DNA of 64,000 nt, from the NCBI RefSeq assembly GCF_001447785.1, contig NW_015161965.1, positions 626,595-690,594 on the forward strand. Direction: 5' to 3'. Origin of the DNA: Gekko japonicus (taxonomy: Eukaryota). This document shows positions 13,075 through 25,981 of the stretch, in pieces. The notes beneath the pieces were generated by a model. The model worked only from the letters and a program-made list of their open reading frames with translations. It did not search any database and had not been told where the DNA came from. How positions within the stretch are numbered: the stretch's first letter is position 1; each line of letters begins with the position of its first letter. The position numbers were made by a program, and so were the translations under genes.

Positions 13075-13740
13075 TATTTATTTATTTTACATTATTTATA
13101 GTCCATCTTTCACATATGGACTCAAAGTGGATTACAAATTTTGAGTCAGTACAATCAACAAAATGGGACATTCAATAACGAACGCATTTGGATATTAGAA
13201 GTCTGGAACCACCAGAAAGAAACAAAAGCATAACATAAGTATTAACATGACACATTAACCAGTACAGAATTACATTATAGGATCCCACTTACAATGTGCC
13301 GTATACAGCAGTAAAGACCTCAAGTTCCAATAATTTATCCAAGCAAGTTTGTAAAACCATTTTGTACTGTGCACCCTTATTACCTATGCAGAAAAGCCCT
13401 CTTGGATAGTTCAGTCTTGCATAGTTTGCAGAAGACCAGGAGAGTGGGAGCTTTCCTGACCTTCTCAGGTGGGAGCACATATATGGGCAGTTGTCAGTGT
13501 TGCCCATTTGCAGGTTGGCACCTCCCTGTAGACATTTGTGGAGTTGTCATGGTGGAGCATAGGTAGAGAGACAGTCCCATAAATAAGAACGCCCAACTAT
13601 GGACGGCTTTGTATGGGATAGTCAATATCTTAAACTGAGCTTGGTAACAAATGGGCAACCAATGGTGGGTCTGAGAATAGGAGTAATATGCATTCTCCAT
13701 CTAGCTTCTGCTTATAGTTGAGCCGTGGCATTCTTACCCT
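13075..13740 (-). mobile_element. Old L2 LINE 3' fragment
   Basis: HHWLPICYQAQFKILTIPYKAVH motif (ORF 13494-13700); (TTTA)n on plus at the 3' end. Confidence 0.65.
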
Positions 13741-13952
13741 TGAGTTACTCCTAATAGTCACTCAAAATCTGCCATCTTAAGCCCATCAGATCTTGTCTTA
13801 CTCTGTGGAACAGCAGAGAGCAAGACTTTATCCTCTTCCATGTGACAGCCCTTCAGGTGTCTGAAGAACACAATCCTGCTCCCCCCCCCCCAGTATAAAT
13901 TGGAAGAAAGGACTCTTTTGCTATTTTTCTGCCAATCTCTCCTTATATATAA

Positions 13953-14830
13953 CTAAGAATAAGGCCCGTTGTGGAAATAAATACAACAAGTTCTAGAAAG
14001 AGGCTCCGGGAGAGTGCCAAGGCCTTGGGCACTCAGCGTCAATGTACTGTGGTGACCTCAGCAGGGTATAATGACACAGAGTCCACCATTTTCTCCAGAG
14101 GAACTGACCTCTGCTACCTGAAGAGCAGTTGTAATTTTCAGTGGTCTCCAGACCTCACCTGGAGATTGGCAACAATTGTTATCTAGGAAGAAATGGCTGG
14201 TTTGGAGGGTCGAGTCTATGGCATTGTACCTGACTGAGGTCCCACCCCTCCTCAAATCTCACCCTCTCCAGGCTCCACCCTTCAAATCTCCAGGAATTTC
14301 CCAACCTGAAGTTGGCAACCCTATCTCCCCAGCCAAGCATTGACCTGCCATTATCTGCCCCTCTGATTTCAGCTTTCCATCTCCTCCCCCCTCCCTCCTG
14401 GAGATCAGTTGTAATTCTGAGTGATTTCCACCCCTCTCCTGAGATTGGCAACAGTGGTTCCCCAGATGGGAATGGCTGGTTGTGAGGGTGGAGTCTATAG
14501 TATTGTACCCGTCTGAGGTCCCACCCCTCCTCAAACCTCACCCTCTCCAGGTTCCATCCCTCAAATCTGCAGGAATTTCCCACCTAGAGTTGGCAACCCT
14601 ATCTCCTTCCCAGCCAATAATCAACCTACCTTTATTTCTCCCTCTCTCTTCAGCTTTTCATTTCCCCTACACACACACCTGCAGCCTCTTCCGTGCTCTG
14701 AAGCCCTGACTGCCACAGAATCCACCACTTTCTCCAGGGGAACTCATCTCTGCCATCTGGAGAGAAGTTGTAATTCTGAGTGATCTCCAGCCCTCACCTG
14801 GAGATTGGCAACAATGGTTTCTCAGGAGGA
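13953..14830 (-). mobile_element. Non-autonomous Helitron-like element (3' end at 13953)
   Basis: Minus-strand 3' hairpin (ttgttgt..acaacggg) about 10 bp before a TTAG|T terminus; body is made of duplicated gttgccaa/tggagat repeat modules. The 5' boundary is uncertain. Confidence 0.5.
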
Positions 14831-15019
14831 AAAGTCATCTTTCTCTGCAATGGGGACCAAGGCTGCTTACAAAATTCTCCTCTTCCCCTTTTGTCTTGCA
14901 CAACAAACCTGTGAGGTAGGCTAGGCTGAAAGTCTGTGACTGGTTCAAAATCATCCACTCAGCTTCTACAGCAAGAAGTTCCCTGTCCCTATTTTTCTTG
15001 TTGTGTTTTAGAAAATAAT

Positions 15020-16074
15020 ATATATATAAAAGAATATATATATAAAAGAGGCACAGAGGTCATTTGCATATACCGCCTGATTGGCCTTTGCCTCTAATAT
15101 TCTAAACAGTTTGCTGTTGCTGTTGGGAGTCATTCAATGTGTCCTGAGGTAAAATACATATCCCAATCTTCCTTTAAATGGTCACTGGAGTTGCCAATCT
15201 CCTTGTGGGGCCTGGAGATCTCCCAGAAATCACCGTGTTCCCCAGCCACAGCACATCATTTCCCCTACAGAAAATTTCCCAGCGATTACAACTGATCTCC
15301 AAATGACCAAGATCAGTTCTCCTGCAGACAATGGGTGCTTTGGCCAGTGGATTCTATGGCATTATACCCTGCTGAGGTCCCTCCCCACCCCTTCCCTCCC
15401 CAGGCTCTACCTCTCAAATTTACAGGTATTTCCCAACCCAGAGTTGGCAACCGTGTAATTGGCTACGGAACCGCTTTCCAGTCCCTTGGAACCCAGAAGA
15501 CATGGCATAGGAGGAGGTGCTTTTCTACCTTAGCTGCCAATGCATAGCCCCAAATTAACATAAGCCAACCTCCAGGCAGCACCTGGAGATCTCCAGCTAT
15601 TACAACTGATGTCCAGATGACCAAGATCAGTTCTGGAGAAAATGGCTGCTTTGGCCAGTGGACTCTATGGCATTATACCCTGCTGAGGTCCCTCCCCAGG
15701 CTCTACCCCTCAAATCTACAGGTATTTCCCAACCCAGAGTTGGCAACCCTGTAACTGGCTATGGAACCACTTTCCAGTCCCTTGGAACCCAGAAGACTAT
15801 CTTAGCTACCACTGCATAACCCCAAATCAACATAGGTCAGGGGTAAAGGGAACCATACCTGTTATCATGAGGCTGTCCTCCCATACTACCCACGGGGCAG
15901 CAAAATGACTTGAGACAGCCCTGCCTTATAGCTAAGCAGAAGGAAATAAACATGGCTTGCTTCCCTCTATTTTCCCCTTCCCTCTGCCGCCCCACCAGCC
16001 ACAGTCGGGACACTCACCTGGAGCTTCCTTCTAGAGCTCGTTGTATTTCTTCCCACAATGGGCCTTACTCGTAG
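15020..16074 (+). mobile_element. Non-autonomous Helitron-like element
   Basis: 5' tatatatataaaag-type start; 3' hairpin gctcgttgt..acaatgggc followed by cttactcgtag|t; internal ~310 bp tandem duplication. Confidence 0.55.
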
Positions 16075-17888
16075 TGGAGTAATATCAGCAAACATTTATC
16101 TTCCCCTACGCCCATCAAATTCCCTTTCCACACAACTATTAAAGAGAAGTAGCAACCCTCCTTTGCATCTAACCATACTAGAAATGAGCCTGAGAAGTGT
16201 GAGACATCTCAAATACTTATCTGGCACCTGATATGGAAAAAGATCCATTCAGGGATTAATAGATCAGATCAGTCATGGCAAACCTGTCCAAGTACATAGG
16301 CCTCTAAAATACAAGACCCTACTCCCAAACCTTTCCTAGAGGATTCCTTCACCACCTGCCCTTTCATGACTGAATAAAGAAGAAGGGAAATGCCCAAGTG
16401 AGATTTGTTGTCACTTCTCTTAACTGATCAGGATTTCCTCTATCCCAAAAACAAAAAAAACGAGTGTGCTTGGGATTTGGCTCCCGAAAAACATCTCAGC
16501 TTCCGAAGCCAGGGCCTCACTGAGCAGCCTTTGAAATCCTCTGGCTTGAAGAGGGGGCATGAAAAACCCCTGTAGTGTTTGGCAGCTTGAAAAATTAATA
16601 TGTCAAAGACACAGTTCCCCCACTCGGAGCGCCTCCAAGTGCTGCTACTTCTCTGCCGTGGTGCTTCTTAAAATGTCAATCCAAGTTTGTTTGGTCAAGT
16701 ACTTATGAGGAACCTTAACTGCTTATGATGCTCAGTAACGCCAGACTTTGGCTAAAGTGCCCACTTGTGTAAAATTAAAGAGCCTTCTGTAAACACAGCT
16801 TTCCCCCTTCTTGCAACATTTTCCAAGACACAAGCTTCAAACATGGCCGGTATGAAGCAAAAAATGGTTTATTTTCTGACAGGTTTAATGATACAGAACA
16901 CCAAAAGCGCTGTGGACTAATTGAACCACAATTGCCATTAATAAAAATTAAAGACCTTGGCCTTTTCTTGCTGAGGAAAGAATGGAAGGGAGCTACTCCT
17001 CAGCTGGATTTGTTTGGAATTTCCTGAGTTGGTTTCACTGAAACAGAAGAAAAGGCGGCGGGGGGGGGGGGGGATAAAGTATACCATGAACAAAGAAGAC
17101 ACTGAGTTTAAAAGAAGAGAGGTGATGCTGGTGGTGAACAGCCCCCACATGGAAGTGATTTGACTGCTATGTGAGCTTGGCGGGATTCTGAAAGTTCTTT
17201 AGTAACAATACCATTTCTCTTCTATCCCAAAATGATGTATAAGTCTCCTTTTATTAGTTCTAGTTGAGAACTGGGCTCCTGCCGTTACCCGTGCAATTGG
17301 TGGCTGGGGCCAGAGCCGACGTTCCGATCATCTGAGGTAAAAGGTTTATGTTGGCTGCTTCCTTTTGGGCTTCCAAAAGGTTTCTGCACAAACTACCCTT
17401 CTGTCACTGGCAGAGGAAATGGCTCCTTGCTAAAGAGAGGAAGTTGGGGGAGCACAGACGTTAATTCGAGTTTCATGGGACCCTAGAAGGAATTAAGACA
17501 TCATGTCTTCGTTTCCCCACTTTTGAGGTCTGACTTGTTTGGTGTGAAGCTAATTTTTCAGTGAAATAGTGTACTGTGTGGCCTCTGGCACAAAAAGCTA
17601 TGAGGGGGGAAGACATGCATATTTATTCACCTTCATGTGTAAAAATGGGTCTTTTTTTACCATAAAAGGAGCATGCGGGTAAAAAGAGCTACTCCGCTCC
17701 CACCTCACCACATTCTGTAGTTGAAGTATTTTTCCCCACTTCCCTGGCTCTTAGTATCACAGAAGCCTCAGGTTGAGTATTCCAATGTCAAAAATGCAAC
17801 ACTTCACAAAAACAGTTGGAACCTGTTTAATGGAAATATGTGTGGATTAAACCAATCAATTTGGAAAGGGTCTGAATGCTTAGCTACT

Positions 17889-18196
17889 TGTAATGTATCC
17901 AGTCCAGACTGCATAGCCGGCTCGGGCTCCACACGGTCAGAGACAAACGTTGAGCTTTGCTCCAAGAGACAATGGACTATGCGGATCCTAGCCTGCTCCA
18001 ATCAGGGGCATTGTTCCCGGCCGAGAGCCTATGGGACTCTCGGCCACTGTAAATAACCTATTGGGAAGTAGGGGTGTGTTTTGGGTGGCGGTTTCTCAGG
18101 GGATATAAGCCGGCCTGTGAGCCGGCCAAAGTTGTCTTGTTCCTGATCGAATAAAGTATGCTTTGCTGAAATCACTCTCCGTCTGCGTACTTTTCA
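17889..18196 (+). mobile_element. Solo Gypsy LTR, related to the LTRs at 37267 and 41796
   Basis: tgtaatgtatc...gtacttttca; perfect 5-bp TSD ctact; TATA-like tataag and AATAAA. Confidence 0.9.
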
Positions 18197-18574
18197 CTAC
18201 TTGAACCAGAAAGGGTGGATAGGAGGGGGAGAGGGAGCATGGGTATTACGTAAGACCCAAAATCTGTCCTAGGATAGATTCTGAAATTCCTTGTCCAAAT
18301 TTCTACCAACAATGAAACTTTCCCCCCAGTGTCCATAAGGCATGACTCACTTAGAAGCCACCACATTCTTGCTAAAGTGTAAAAAACATCCTTGCACAGA
18401 GCCACCAAAGCAATAAGGAACCTGCAGCTGCCCATGTATCAGAGGTTTGGTCTGTGCAACTGTTTTTTCTTCTTTTCCCAGTTTTACTCATGCCAAGCCC
18501 TCTAGGCACAGGACACACAGAATTCCAAACAAAGTGAGGCCAAAAACACCATGGCCCCGGCTGTTACTAACCTA

Positions 18575-19208
18575 CTTCAGAAAGGATGTTATAGCATTGG
18601 GAAAAATGCAGAAAAGGGCAACTAGAATGATAAAAGGGTTGGAACACTTTCCCTATGAAGAAAGTTTAAAGCACTTGGGGCACTTTAGCTTGGAGAAACG
18701 ATGACTGTGGGATGACATGATAAGAGGTTTACAAGATTATGCATGGGATAGAGCAGGTAGAGAGAAAGAAGTACTTTTCTCCATTTCTCACAATACAAGA
18801 ACTTGTAGGCACTCATGAAATTGCTGAGCAGTCTGGTTAGAATGGATAAAAGGAAGTACTTCTTCACCCAAAGAGTGATTAACACATGGAATTCACTGCC
18901 ACAGGAGATGGTGGCAGCTACAAGCATGGACGGCTTTAAGAGGGGATTGGATAAACATATGGAGCAGAGGTCCATCAGTGGCTATTAGCCATAAGGTATA
19001 GATAGGAACTCTCAGGCTGGGGCAAGTGATGCTCTGTATTCTTGGGGGGTGGGGGGGGGGGGGGTCAACAGTGGGAGGGCTTCTAGTGTCCTGGCCCCAC
19101 TGTTGCACCTCCTGATGGTACCTGGTATTTTTGGCCACTGTGTGACAGAATGTTGGACTCCATGGGCCATTGGCCTGATCTCACATTGGCTTCTCTTATG
19201 TTCTTATG
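18575..19208 (+). mobile_element. CR1 LINE 3' fragment
   Basis: [18 protein letters not shown] motif; ttcttatg tail; same family as the copy at 6017-6645. Confidence 0.9.
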
Positions 19209-19637
19209 ACCACCAATACCTCCCTTTACAGCCAGTTAAATTGGAAACCTGAGGATTTCAGGCTTACTCTGAACCCACAGGCTGCCCAAACTGCATTTCC
19301 TTTCTAGTTTTAAAATATTTTCAGCAGCACATAACACCTGCTGCATCATCTCCTTGCGGTCCATATGGAACTGCTTTATCACATGATAAACATTCACCAG
19401 GTAAGCAAAACAAACAAACAAACAAAAACAAACAAACCAAAAAACCCTTTCCTGGGTAACACTGCACACAGCAGTCTTGTTTAAATCAAGTCCTTTTACC
19501 TGCCCTTGAAATAGCAGTATGCAAGAGATTGTTGTACTGGTAGGTTATACGCTGGAAGACTACTATTAAATACATGCAACCCTTCATGGCAAAGTTTTCT
19601 TACCTTTCCCTAACATCCAGCCCTAACATGTCCTTAC

Positions 19638-19717
19638 CTGATGGCCAGAAGTCATAAGCCTGGTGGCATTGAATTAGATACAGGAAGGATCATGTCTGTG
19701 CCCTGACAGGCAGAAAT
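19638..19717 (-). other. Candidate non-coding 5'UTR exon of COL8A2
   Basis: Minus strand reads cccttcccacag|...ggccatcag|gtaagg, an 80 bp segment in non-repeat DNA upstream of the coding exon. Support is splice signals only. Confidence 0.25.
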
Positions 19718-22092
19718 CTGTGGGAAGGGCACTCTTATGTCCAGGAATGAGCACACCACCACTGAGAAGGTGCTGCTTTGTGCTCCACTTAATCTCATGA
19801 GTAAAAAAGAGAATGTGAAATAAGGCCTCTTTCGTTTAACCCCTCTATAGTGTATCTTACCATACAATTGTCCCAATCCATCAATGCTCGTCTGTTTGGT
19901 GGTAACTGTTGTTGCTAAATCATTTGTTCTCATTTGTCTCTCAGAGAGACTTTGAAGATGTTGTTTTTGAAAATTGTTCTCATGCATACATATGTGCAGT
20001 TCTACCATCCCCAAGGAAGACTAAATGTTGCTGAATATTCTTTAGTTTCAACTTGTCTGGTTTCAACTATTACATTCACTGTGAGATTCCGCCTTAAATT
20101 TGCAAAGAAGAAAAAGGTCATGGTCAAAGCATGCATGTTGGAAAATGCAACAGGAAACAGGCATGGGCACGAATTGAACCACGAAGCAAAATTCATGATG
20201 AATTCTGTCCTGTTTATGGTTCATGAACAGAAATAAACAGTGAACCTGTCACAAACTTCCACAAACTTTTTGAGCAGTCGATGCAGTTCATGGTGGTTTG
20301 TGGATGGAGCAGAAAGCAGGGTTTTAAAGGGACTCCAAGTCCCTTAAAACCCCTGCTTTCTGTTCCCCATGAAAGCGACAAAAACAGCTGAGCAGCTGGG
20401 AGGCGCTCTCCACCGCTCAGCTGTTTTAGGCTGTCTTCTACAGTCCCATTAAACTTTAAAAGGGCTACAGAACATAGCCTGAAACAGCTGCACACTGCGC
20501 AGCCGTTTTTTGCACTGTTTTGCAGTCTCTTTAAACTTTATAGGACTCCACAAGACAGCCCAAAACATCTGAGCAGCGGGGATCAAGCTTCTTGCTCCTG
20601 CTCAGCTGTCTTTCAGGCTTTCTGCAACCCCCATTTAAAGGGACTGTGGTCCCTTTCAACAGGGTTTGCAGGGCCATGATGATCTGCACAAACTGCATTT
20701 TCCTGGTTTGTGACCATCCCTAGTAGAAAAGTTCCAAAAAGTAACAGCACCATAACACTTCTTCATTACCACTATTTATTGAAAATCGCACCTTTCCAGG
20801 AGCATGGGCTCAGGGGAACTAACAGTGAATCTGATTAAAACAACAATTATTAACAACAAAACCCTGCTAACAAAAAACCTACCCAGTGACATCAATCAGA
20901 ACTCAGTTTTCACTTCAAGCCCTAACATTTTCTCCTGAAAGCTTGCAAAAAAAAAAAAAAAAGCCATCCTCACCTCTTCTGGTAACCAATTCCAGAAGTC
21001 ATGGCTACCTCTGGCAACTCCTACTGGGGCATGGAGGACATTCCGAGAAGTGGCTTGATAGCCTGCCTCTGCCTCTTGGCCCTGATACTTGCCAGGGGTG
21101 GCCCTGCTTAGCTTCTGAGATCTGACAAGATCGGGCTTGCCTGGGCTATCCAGGTCAGGGTGAGTAATGGTCCTTCTTGAATGTGGATCCTAGGGTGTGA
21201 AGGGCTAGGTAGGAAGGCAACACCTTAAGTTGAGCCTGGAAACCAACTGGGAGCCATTGCAACTCTTAAAACAGATGTGATGTCATCACATCAGCTAGCC
21301 CTGACAACAAATTGGGTTGCCATGCTTTGTACCAAAGCATCTGTGAGTTTGCCAAAGCATGGATCAGCATGGGCAGGTAGGTTGACAAATTAGATGTAAT
21401 TAATGGAAGGCTCTTTAGGCCAGAGCACTAACCTGTTTCTTAAACAGCGAAGCTGGGTCCATAAGTACACACAAACCCTCCCTCTAATTGGTGATATTCC
21501 TTCAGAATATCAACTTCATTTCTCTCATCTGGATTAAGCTCCTGTTTTAGCCACTTGGCTTTAGCCTCAAGGCTCCAGTTTAGAACAAACCCAGCATCAT
21601 CCAGGGGTTTATGTACAGAAATTCAAAAGTGGGTGTCATTAGTGCATACACAACAGCCAATGCGAAAGCTCCAGATTATCTCCTTCAGTGGCCTGCCACA
21701 GATATTAAAGAGTACTGGGTTACAATACTGATGCCTGTAGAGATCCCAAACTGTAAACATAGCCTCTTCAATGCAAATTATCTGGACTGACACCCTCTGT
21801 GCTACAGATGATGTATCAACAACAATTTCATAAAGGGTCCTACTAACTTTCCCTGGCATGATCTTACAAGCCAAAGCAGGCTAATAGATCCTGTCAGCAT
21901 CTAAAGGCATAATCAATCTGATTCTAGCCACGGAGTATCAACAAGCATATGTGCATGACACCTCAGGCATTGGAACCACCTTTAACTTGACATCTGAATT
22001 GCAAGATGCTGCAAGAGACTTTAAGTAGCAAAGAAGCTTGCACTAACATCACAGGTAAGGGATGAATTACCAACAACAACAAGGTCCAACCT

Positions 22093-22415
22093 AAGGTTTC
22101 CCTTGCTCAAAAGCCAGTTGAATCCGACTCTAGGGTGGGGTGCTCATCTCCGTTTCCAAGCCGAAGAGCCAGCGCTGTCCAAAGATGTTTCTGTGGTCAT
22201 GTGGCTGGCATGACTAGATGCTGAGGTGCATGTAACACTGTTACCTTCCCACTGAAGTGGCACCTATTTATCTACTTGCAATTCCTTGTTTTCAAACTGC
22301 TAGGTTGGCAGGAGCTGGGAACAGAGACGGGAGCTCACTCCGTCACGCAGCACTCGGGTCTCGAACTGCTGAACTACCGACCTTCCAGTCTGAAGTTCCG
22401 CATCTTAACCACTGA
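22093..22415 (-). mobile_element. Sauria SINE
   Basis: Reverse complement of the 36549-36882 copy, with the typical Sauria SINE body (gtgctcatctccgtttc..aagccgaagagccagcg..ttaccttccca..ctatttatctact). Confidence 0.8.
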
Positions 22416-22758
22416 CCAACTACCAACTAAATGAGATTCCACTGACATAATGGAGGTGGAAGAAAAAAACCTTCTTCCCCACCATCAACACCACCTCATC
22501 GACTTGCAAATGGATTCTCTGGTGTGCTCTGTCTGTTTTTCACTAAGAGTGCCCCGGATATCTCCCATTCCCTCTTAGATCCCCCAATCCTAGTAAACTA
22601 AAACGTCAGAGTCCTATTTGAGGGCTGGAAAGGATACCAGGAAGTGTCCCTATCCAAAGCAGGAGAACATTAATTCCAGGCAGACACTAGGGACAATGGA
22701 ATCACTGTCAGAAATTAAAAAACATTCCTCCCAAGACTTTACATCATTAATTCTCTGA

Positions 22759-23145
22759 GGCCCCGATCACACGGGAGGTTTTGGCCCGGGAGAGGGACGG
22801 ATCGGGGGCACAGCAAATGGGCGCGAGCACACCGCAACATCTGGAATCGGCTCGCACCCGTCCCCGATCCGTTCCTTCAGGCCAATAACACACTGTAAAA
22901 AAAACAACAACAGAAGAGGAGGACTTACTGGGTACACCGCCGGCGTGCCCATCTTCTGGAGCAATCCAGGCTCCCGGCCGAACTGCGCATACTCACACAT
23001 GCGCAATTCAGTAGCCTCGGTCTCCCATCAGTGGCTTCCCCCCCCCCGGCATCTGATCGTGCCGGGGAGGAGCTGCGTGGTGGCTCAGGGGATCTATGTG
23101 ATCCCGCCACCGCGTATTTCTTTCTCCCCCCGTGTGGCAGGGGCC
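22759..23145 (-). mobile_element. PIF/Harbinger-type MITE, CpG-rich
   Basis: GGCCCC..CACACG TIRs; 3-bp TSD tga; internal palindromes. Confidence 0.75.
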
Positions 23146-23149
23146 TGAG

Positions 23150-24300
23150 ATGGTTTTTGATCCACTTGGTTAAAGGCAGTCGGTCACAAACTGAATATGT
23201 TAGGCCTCTCCCCAGAGTTTCTCTTTAAAATGGCCTTAGATCAAGTGAAGGCCTTGGTCAAGCAAAGGATATTGGACACTGAAAGGCAGGGAGATATCAA
23301 CGGAGGCCCCTGCCACATGGCAGGGGAAAAGTCGCTCAAAGCGCGGCTTTTAAAAGCCGCGCCAAAGTTGAGACACTGCGGCGGGATCCCATGGATCCCC
23401 TGAGCCGCGGCGCCTTTTCTCCCCGGCACGATCAGATGCCGGGGAGAAAATACAGTCCTGACGGGGAGCCTGCCGAACTGCGCATGTCGGAGCATGCGCA
23501 GTTCGGCTAGGAGCCGGGGATGCGCCGGCGCAAGGACACGCCGGCGATCCGACGGCCCGGCTTGCGGCGCACCTTTGCAATGAACCACCTAGGTAGGTGG
23601 TTCAAAGTTGATGCGGTGTTTCGCGCGGAAGGGCCGGTTCGGGGACGGAAGCACTACGCTTCCCAGATGTTGTGGTGGGATCGCGCCCGTTTGCTGCGTC
23701 CCCGAACCGTCCTTCTACCGGCCCAAATTCGTACGTGTGACCGGGGCCAGAGTTTCACATTTCCTGGCATCAAAGAACATACATTGTAATTCCAGCAGCT
23801 TACGTATCGCTGTTAAGAGATCCCATCCCACCACAGGGCTTACTCTATGGCTAGATGGAATATACTTCCCTCTGCGGTAGTGGAGGGCCATTATAGAAAC
23901 ATCCCATTAGCAGAGAGGGTTTGCCCGTGTGGAGCAGGGAAGTTTGAGGCAAACGAGCATATTTTGCTGCACTGCTGTTTCTACCAGGAAATTCACGCAA
24001 AGATTATTACACCCTTGTTGGGAGGTTTTCAGCCTGCTCTGAATCTGAAATTATGAGGAAGTTCCTTTCAGACACAAATCCTCAGCTCATACTCCCTTGT
24101 GCCAGATTTCTTGCAGCGTCATGCACAACTCGCAGGGAATTAACACAGAATGTAGCTGAGCCATATAATGTAGATGTTTTGTTCAATCTGTTCAGTGATT
24201 TTAATATTGTATATTTCCTAAAATTTATAAGACTCATTTACATCGCTGTAACTGATCTTGTGCTGGTCACAAACTGTATTAATGAATTTATTTACTTCCA
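23150..24300 (+). mobile_element. RTE-X-like LINE 3' fragment interrupted by a MITE
   Basis: ARWNILPSAVVEGHYRNIPLAERVCPCGAGKFEANEHILLHC (CCHC-type C-terminus); VKQRILDTERQ lies upstream of the MITE. Confidence 0.75.
23305..23748 (+). mobile_element. PIF/Harbinger-type MITE, same family
   Basis: ggcccctgccaca...gtgtgaccggggcc; flanks gga/aga; inserted in an RTE-X fragment. Confidence 0.7.
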
Positions 24301-25695
24301 ATTTATACCCCGCCTTGCCGGTACAAACTGGCAATTTGATTTGATTTGAACTTAAAACACCAAGAGCATTCTGAAAACCATTCAGATCCATTAGTTCTGT
24401 CTTTGAGAGCAAACTATTCTAATTGGTCCATCAACCCTGTGAGCAGAAGGCAACAGGCTCAACTGCTCCTTCAGCAAATAACTATCAGACAATGACAAGG
24501 CCTCAATCTTCAACTTCTGCTTAGATCACCAGCTATGTGTTTGATACAAGCAAAGATCCAGTGTGTGTCCGTTTATGTATTGGGCTCACTACAACCTGGG
24601 AGTGTCCTGTGATTGTCACGGCATCCACAAACTGCTGACACTGTCATGAATGTGAAAGTCCCCAAGCACAATCATCCTTGGGGGTCTTCAGTACCAGCTA
24701 CTAGGATAGAAAACAAAAAAGCCAGCAATTAATCAGATTCTTCCCCAGCTTGTTATTGTCAGTTCACTAACATATTTGCTTCTGAAATCAGAAGAAGATT
24801 GATATTGCTGGGGAAGGCAGCATCCAACGGGCAGTGAAACCCCGTGACCAGAGTGGAAATGGGACAGTGTTCTTTGGATTAAAGATAAGGCCAGCTCTCC
24901 TATTTTCAGCTGTGGAATAAGGACAGGCAGGTCTGTCTTCTTGGTCCAAACATTACAGCAGCCTTTCAGACCAAGCAAACTATTTTTTAATGAGTCAATC
25001 TAACTTAACTGCGAGGAAAATAAAAAAAAAGGGGAGTGCAGGAAGAAAGCCAGAATCACTTAGGTCATATCAGGTGAGGGAACTAAAGTGCTGATTCAGC
25101 CCCTTCTTCTCCACCTTCCCCCCAGCTTACTTTTTATTTAACAGAAAACGTATTTTTACAGCTGAGATCTTTTAATATGGCCTTTTCCTCCCCTTAGACA
25201 AATCTCTGTCAAATAACATTTCATAAAAACAAGCGTTCCTGTCTTAATCCCCAAAAGACAGAAAAAACAATAACTCCATCAGGGCTCCCAGAGGAGCAAG
25301 CTGGCTCAAACCGACACAGGGATGCAGCCCTCACGCCTATGCTATAATCCGCTTCCACAAAATGCAATGTACCATGAAATAGGGCAGAACAATTCATTGG
25401 GCCTCAGAGGCCAGGATGGGTGTGCAGATATGGGTGTGACCTTTGCTGACTTTTGTGTCTGGCCATCTGCAAAACAGATGCATTTGCTTGCAATGCTCAC
25501 AAAAGCAGAATGGAGAGCATTGAATTGTGACAAGTGTCATAAATGGAATATCTAAACCACTCACTCCTAATTCAGTGGTGGGCTGTCTGCTACCCCCCGC
25601 CCTTGCCTGGGTGCCAGGATACTGTGCCACAGGCAACCCGGAGAGCTAGCTGTTGTCAGACTTCTGAGGCAATCCATTCCCAACAATGTTCATTC

Positions 25696-25981
25696 AGAGA
25701 AGTGAAGTTTATTGAGACAGTAGTACTCCAGGTATCATAACTATTTTGTGTTAGAACTAAAGAGAATGTGTACGAACCAATTAGATAAACACAACTCAAA
25801 GGGATCCCCTGATGGCCCCAGCCAATCAGGTAGCCAGAAGAGAAGTGAAGTTTATTGAGACAGTAGTACTCCAGGTATCATAACTATTTTGTGTTAGAAC
25901 TAAAGAGAAAGCGTACGAAGCAATTAGATATACACAACTCAAAGGGGTCCCCTGATGGCCCCCAGCCAATCAAGTAGCCAG
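25696..25981. repeat. 143-bp tandem duplication within a probable minus-strand LTR-like element (~25650-26320)
   Basis: agagaagtgaagtttattgagacag..tagccag occurs at 25696 and 25839; each unit has a minus-strand AATAAA. Confidence 0.75.
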
